The notes beneath the pieces were generated by a model. It saw nothing but the letters and a program-made list of their open reading frames with translations, was not told the DNA's origin and did not search any database. Made by a program: the position numbers and the translations under genes. From contig JAEDDH010000004.1 of assembly GCA_016293845.1 (NCBI GenBank), forward strand, positions 142,084 through 206,083: a stretch of DNA of 64,000 bases, written 5' to 3'. The stretch comes from Bacteroidales bacterium. GTDB lineage: Bacteria; Bacteroidota; Bacteroidia; Bacteroidales; UBA3824. Within the stretch, counting starts at the first letter, position 1. Each line of letters starts with the position of its first letter. This document shows positions 60,045 to 64,000 of this stretch, in pieces.

Positions 60045-61367
60045 ATGAAATACCATTTGGTTACGCTTGGCTGTCAGATGAATATATCCGACAGCGGCAG
60101 AGTTAAGACATATATCGAAAAACTTGGTTACGAATCTACCGACAATCCGCACGAGGCTGATTTGTTGGGAGTTATCGCTTGCTCGGTGCGTCAAAAAGCC
60201 ATCGACAAGGTGTACAACCTGATTGCAATTTGGAACCGTCAAAAGGCGTCGCGCCCCCTCACCACATTCCTCACAGGCTGTATTTTGCCCGACGACCGCG
60301 AAAAGTTTCTCAAAACTTTTGATATGGTTTTTGATATGCGCGACCTCACCAAGTTTGCCGAAATGCTTGCCGAGCACACCCACGAAGGCACCTATTATCC
60401 GAAACTTAGCCGCGAAGAACAAGCATATCAAATGGACTATTTTTGGCGTTTGGAAGGGCGTCAGCCCGACAAATTTGAAGCCTTTGTGCCAATTCAAAAC
60501 GGTTGCGACAAATTCTGTACATATTGTGCAGTGCCCTATACACGTGGAAGGGAAGTTTCGCGCTCGTCGGCAGAAATTGTTGAGGAGGTAAAATGCCTTG
60601 TCAATGCTGGTTTTAAATCAATTACGCTTTTAGGTCAAAACGTAAATTCATACGGCTTGGATAAAAAAGGCAACGAAATCAACTTTGCGCAACTGCTCGA
60701 ACTCATAGGACGTTACGGCGACGAAAGCGGCAAAGAGTTCTATGTATACTTTACATCGCCACATCCCCGCGATATGACCGACGACGTGCTTTACACCATA
60801 GCCAAATATAAATGTCTCGGCAAATGGATTCACATTCCCATCCAAAGCGGTGATACAGAGATGCTTAAACGAATGAACCGCAAATACGACATTGAGCGTT
60901 ACCGCAGCGTAATACATTCAATACGCACCATTTTGCCCACAGCCACCATTTTTACCGACATCATCGTTGGCTTTACCGGCGAAACCTTAGAAGAATTTGA
61001 AAACACACGCCGCGCCGTCAAGGAGTTTAAATACAATATGGCGTTTATAGCAATGTACTCGCCGCGTCCGGGAGCAAAATCGTCGGAATGGGTAGACGAC
61101 ATTCCAAAAGACGAAAAATCAAGACGTTACAGCGTTCTCTCCGACGATCTCAAATCGGTATCGTCGCTCTACACGGCAAGTATGGTGGGCAAAGAGTTCC
61201 GCATATTGGTAAATGGACACGACCGCTTAGAAGGCTACCTCTCTGGAATCACCGAAGGCAAAATTACCGTCCGCTTCCGTTCTGACAACGAGGCACTTAT
61301 AGGCAGTTTTATCAATGTAAAAATCACCAAGAGCAGCGATTTTTCAGCAGAAGGGGAGATGATTTAA
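60045..61367 (+). CDS. miaB: MiaB-type radical-SAM tRNA methylthiotransferase
   Basis: TLGCQMN in the N-terminal UPF0004 domain, the radical-SAM cluster CDKFCTYCAVPYTRG, the FTSPHPRD motif and a C-terminal TRAM-like segment. A MiaB versus MtaB assignment by eye is not certain. Confidence 0.8.
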   Translation: MKYHLVTLGCQMNISDSGRVKTYIEKLGYESTDNPHEADLLGVIACSVRQKAIDKVYNLIAIWNRQKASRPLTTFLTGCILPDDREKFLKTFDMVFDMRDLTKFAEMLAEHTHEGTYYPKLSREEQAYQMDYFWRLEGRQPDKFEAFVPIQNGCDKFCTYCAVPYTRGREVSRSSAEIVEEVKCLVNAGFKSITLLGQNVNSYGLDKKGNEINFAQLLELIGRYGDESGKEFYVYFTSPHPRDMTDDVLYTIAKYKCLGKWIHIPIQSGDTEMLKRMNRKYDIERYRSVIHSIRTILPTATIFTDIIVGFTGETLEEFENTRRAVKEFKYNMAFIAMYSPRPGAKSSEWVDDIPKDEKSRRYSVLSDDLKSVSSLYTASMVGKEFRILVNGHDRLEGYLSGITEGKITVRFRSDNEALIGSFINVKITKSSDFSAEGEMI

Positions 61368-61403
61368 TGCATAATTCATAATCGGCATCTGCATTTTAGG
61401 GAA

Positions 61404-61530
61404 ACATTTCGCGGAAAACGGGAAAAACACACTAAAACATTTCGCGGATTTCCGCAAAAATATTAAAATAAAAGTGCGGATTTCCGCAAAAATGCTAAAA
61501 TAAATTTGCGTATTTCTGTAAAATGTTTAT
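61404..61530. repeat. Four tandem degenerate ~32-33-bp repeats, each with a GCGGAnnTCCGC-type palindrome
   Basis: Cores lie at 61411 (GCGGAAAACGGG), 61444 (GCGGATTTCCGC), 61476 (GCGGATTTCCGC) and 61508 (GCGTATTTCTGT). Each is followed by AAAAAT..TAAAATAAA-like sequence. The spacing is 33, 32 and 32 bp. Confidence 0.55.
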
Positions 61531-61600
61531 TTTTACGCAGTTATAAAACCCTAAAAACTCTAAGAAAAATGACGGTTTTTAAACGCAAAATATACCAAAA

Positions 61601-62168
61601 ATGCTTGATTGGAAAAAGCGTAAGGGTGAAACGGCATTGTTGATTAAAGGTGCAAGGCGCAGCGGCAAATCGACAATAGTCAGGCAATTTGTTGAAAATG
61701 AATACGAAACATACATCTTTATAGACTTTTCAAATGCAAAGAAAGAGGTATTTGATTTGTTTGAAGATGTGTCGGACCTTGATTACATCTTTATGCGCTT
61801 GCAGGTCATTTATAAAATTCAATTGATTGAGCGCAAGTCGGCGATTGTTTTCGACGAGGTACAGAAACAACCCTATGCACGTCAGGCGATTAAGCATTTA
61901 TCTACAACAAACTTTTGAGCGACAAACTTGACACTAACCTTGGCTATATTTATGAGAATATGGTGTCGCAAATTTTCAGCACCTCAGGCTACGAACTTTT
62001 TTATCACACAATTAAAAAAATGAGGGCAAAAGTTACTACGAAGTTGATTTCCTTTTATCCAAAGGCAACAAATTGATACCTGTTGAAGTAAAGTCATCGG
62101 GCAACAAATCGCACACATCGCCCGACAGGTTTTGCGAAAAAGCAGGTGTTCTCATCCTTTCAATATAA
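61601..62168 (+). pseudogene. Decayed AAA_14/DUF4143-type ATPase gene
   Basis: The N-terminal 105 aa (LLIKGARRSGKSTIVRQF, IVFDEVQ) end in a stop. The C-terminal DUF4143-like part (NLGYIYENMVSQIF...YYEVDFLLSKGNKLIPVEVKSSGNK) follows in two other frames, with a shift at an A7 run near 62020. About 200 aa of the middle are missing. Confidence 0.65.
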
Positions 62169-62237
62169 TTGTCCTAAAAAAAATCGGTCGCGGTCATTTT
62201 TTTTTCATTTTTTTTAATCACATATCAAAATAAGGCT

Positions 62238-62245
62238 TATATTTG
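62238..62245 (+). promoter_or_regulatory. -7 box TATATTTG driving RNA copy B
   Basis: Exact TAnnTTTG match, at the same relative position as the box of copy A. Confidence 0.5.
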
Positions 62246-62250
62246 TGATG

Positions 62251-62534
62251 TCCTTTGTTACCGAAGTCCGCCAACGGAGTAACGGGCAGGGGGCAGACAT
62301 ATATTTAAAGGCGTTACTTACGCTTTGTACTTGACATACTGAAATTTGGTCGTTTCTTATCCTGTCAAGAGCAAGGCAGCACAGTAATGCCTGCGGGTTA
62401 TGGTATATACAGACCTGTAAGGGTCTGCGTGTACATATAAAACGTGGGCTTCGGTGTTGCTCGTCTCTGACAGGAGGGCAGACCAAAGCCTCAGTATGTG
62501 GGACGGGCGCAGCAAAATCCCACGTCTTTTTTTT
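62251..62534 (+). ncRNA. Unclassified ~285-nt structured RNA or leader, copy B
   Basis: It runs from just after the -7 box to a T8 run (62527-62534). Conserved blocks and covarying helices are shared with the minus-strand copy at 55586..55870. The overlapping 157-aa minus-strand ORF has no coding support. Confidence 0.55.
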
Positions 62535-62581
62535 GTAATTCCGAGTTTGGGAAGTTCTCCGGAGCAAAACTTGTTTGAAAA

Positions 62582-63859
62582 ATGAACATATTAAAAAAAG
62601 TGTTCTGCATTTTGCTGTTAGCCACTTTGACATTGAGTCTGAGGGCGCAGGATTCGGCTTTGGAGTCTTCAACGACCGACTGGACATTCGGCTTAGGCTT
62701 TGGCAAACGTTGCAACTTTATGAAAATCACAGAACTCGCATCAGGCATCGACGGCGACAAGGAGATGCGGGGCGGCGGACTGTTCTCGCTGTTCGCCTAC
62801 AAGGAAACGGCTGACGGCGGTAAAGCCATCAGGCCGCAGATAACATTCATAAGCCGTGGCGCAAAATACGCAAACTTAACATCCAAATCCTGGACAGAAG
62901 CATCATACTGCGTGGATGCCAAGTACATAGATTTCAGGCTGCCCCTGATAATGAACCTTGGCACATACCGCAGCGGAGGAATACAGCCATACTTCTACCT
63001 CGCGCCGATAATGGGAATGGCAAGCGGCGGAGAAATCTCTTTGACCGAAGCCAAGGAGGGCGGAAAGTCTGTTTCCGCAGACGTGTCAAAGTCTAACCTT
63101 GCCTCGTGGTATGTGGGCGCGGGCGCGGCTCTCGGTGTCAAATACAATCTCGAACTCAACGACGCCCGCTTGTATCTCGGTTTCGAGTGTATGTACGACT
63201 ACGGCATCACCAACACCTACGGCAAGAAGGAGAAAGACGGCGACATCAACGACATCGCCAACATCGTGAACTACACCGACTATTCGCTTGACGGCAAGCG
63301 CAAGTTTTCGGGACTTGAATTTCAAGTTGTGGTAGGCGTTCCGCTCACTGTGTTCAAGCGCAAAACAAAGCAGCCCACTCCGCCGCCGACAGTAGAAGAA
63401 CAGCCTGTTGTTGAGGCAGATACGGTAGCTGTGGAAGAAAAGCCTTGTTTCGACCTCGACGAGATTAATGAGATGATTGCCAACGGCGAGGATGTGCGAG
63501 GAAAGACCATCTGCGCCGTAAACAACACCATTAACTTCGATTTCGGCAGCGCGAAAATCAAGCCCGAAAGTTACCCATATCTCGACAAACTTGCCCTCAC
63601 GCTCAAAAGCACCGGCGCAAACATCAAAGTCAACGGACACACCGACAACAAAGGCACAGAGGCGTACAACCTGAAACTTTCGCGCGACCGTGCCAAATCT
63701 GTGGTAGAATATCTTGAAAAACAGGGCATTGAGCGGGATAAATTATCATCGGAAGGTTTCGGCCCTAACCGCCCCATATCCGACAACGCCACCGAGGAAG
63801 GACGCGCTATGAACCGCCGTGTAGAGTTCGAGATTCTCCGCGAAACAGATAACAATTAA
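62582..63859 (+). CDS. OmpA-family outer-membrane protein (N-terminal beta-barrel, Pro-rich linker, OmpA C-terminal domain)
   Basis: A signal peptide and an alternating-hydrophobic barrel region, then the KQPTPPPTVEEQPVVE linker. The OmpA-like domain has NFDFGSAKIKP...GHTDNKGTEAYNLKLSRDRAKSV...NRRVEFEI. Confidence 0.85.
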   Translation: MNILKKVFCILLLATLTLSLRAQDSALESSTTDWTFGLGFGKRCNFMKITELASGIDGDKEMRGGGLFSLFAYKETADGGKAIRPQITFISRGAKYANLTSKSWTEASYCVDAKYIDFRLPLIMNLGTYRSGGIQPYFYLAPIMGMASGGEISLTEAKEGGKSVSADVSKSNLASWYVGAGAALGVKYNLELNDARLYLGFECMYDYGITNTYGKKEKDGDINDIANIVNYTDYSLDGKRKFSGLEFQVVVGVPLTVFKRKTKQPTPPPTVEEQPVVEADTVAVEEKPCFDLDEINEMIANGEDVRGKTICAVNNTINFDFGSAKIKPESYPYLDKLALTLKSTGANIKVNGHTDNKGTEAYNLKLSRDRAKSVVEYLEKQGIERDKLSSEGFGPNRPISDNATEEGRAMNRRVEFEILRETDNN

Positions 63860-63885
63860 CATTCAACCATTTAATACTAAGCATT

Positions 63886-64000
63886 ATGGACAGAAAAATA
63901 AGAATACTTTTGGCGGCAGTGCTATTGTCAGCGCCGCTTCTCCCGTCGTGCCTGAGCGATGGCGACGACACAATCGTTCTCGAAGGCAAAAATCCCACAG
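63886..64000 (+). CDS. Lipoprotein, N-terminal fragment (runs off the right window edge)
   Basis: ATG at 63886 gives MDRKIRILLAAVLLSAPLLPSCLSDGDD, a signal peptide with a lipobox Cys. The frame is open to the end of the window. Confidence 0.5.
   Translation, partial: MDRKIRILLAAVLLSAPLLPSCLSDGDDTIVLEGKNPT

Noticed and set aside
62248-62334. 28-codon ORF at the 5' end of RNA copy B as a possible leader peptide
   Set aside because: Its ATG sits only 3 nt after the -7 box, so probably upstream of the transcription start. Copy A has no equivalent ATG or frame.
55586-62534. Composite transposon bounded by the two inverted RNA copies
   Set aside because: The interior contains the core gene miaB and no transposase or integrase. 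The arms carry promoter and terminator features of expressed units rather than terminal inverted repeats with target duplications.
62214-62687. 157-aa minus-strand ORF covering the region upstream of the OmpA-like gene
   Set aside because: It lies antisense to the promoter-to-terminator RNA unit and to the 5' end of the OmpA-like gene. Its composition is arbitrary and shows no motif. The homologous region at 55586-55870 does not keep the frame open in the same way.

Overview
The segment looks like Bacteroidota/Bacteroidales chromosome. Many genes are preceded by the TAnnTTTG -7 box, and there are lipobox lipoproteins, TolB/OmpA-type envelope proteins and DUF1703-type ATPase-nuclease genes.

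Housekeeping genes recognised with high confidence: glyA, a ClC channel, a class I aminotransferase, priA, lysA, an RluA-family pseudouridine synthase, tex and miaB.

Interleaved with these are four other groups:
(i) A dense signalling set: a PBP-PP2C sensor phosphatase, a transporter-HEAT-cNMP protein, two tandem Cache-HAMP-MCP receptors, two HAMP-GAF membrane sensors followed by a chimeric REC remnant and a ~1470-aa P-loop/TPR STAND-like protein, and a REC-PAS-class III cyclase.
(ii) A PspA-like / TPM-like / Tim44-like membrane cluster.
(iii) Two visibly AT-richer accessory islets (about 44.9-49.4 kb and 51.7-57.5 kb) carrying DUF4160/DUF2442, HigBA, an ApeA-like HEPN gene and ATPase-PD-(D/E)XK genes.
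(iv) Several decayed genes: a Cas9-like remnant, a truncated Fic gene, a nonsense-interrupted zinc-ribbon gene, a DUF4143 ATPase and a deletion-fusion REC ORF.

The most interesting unexplained signal is a pair of ~285-nt promoter-to-terminator units (55586-55883 minus strand, 62238-62534 plus strand). They align end to end with compensatory changes in about five helices. Each sits directly upstream of an exported-protein gene. I cannot assign them to any RNA family I know.

A second notable point is a canonical A AAA AAG -1 slippery heptamer, in the correct frame, at the REC/STAND gene junction.

I recognised no rRNA, tRNA, CRISPR array, transposase or integrase. All protein calls come from motif recognition by eye, not from database searches.
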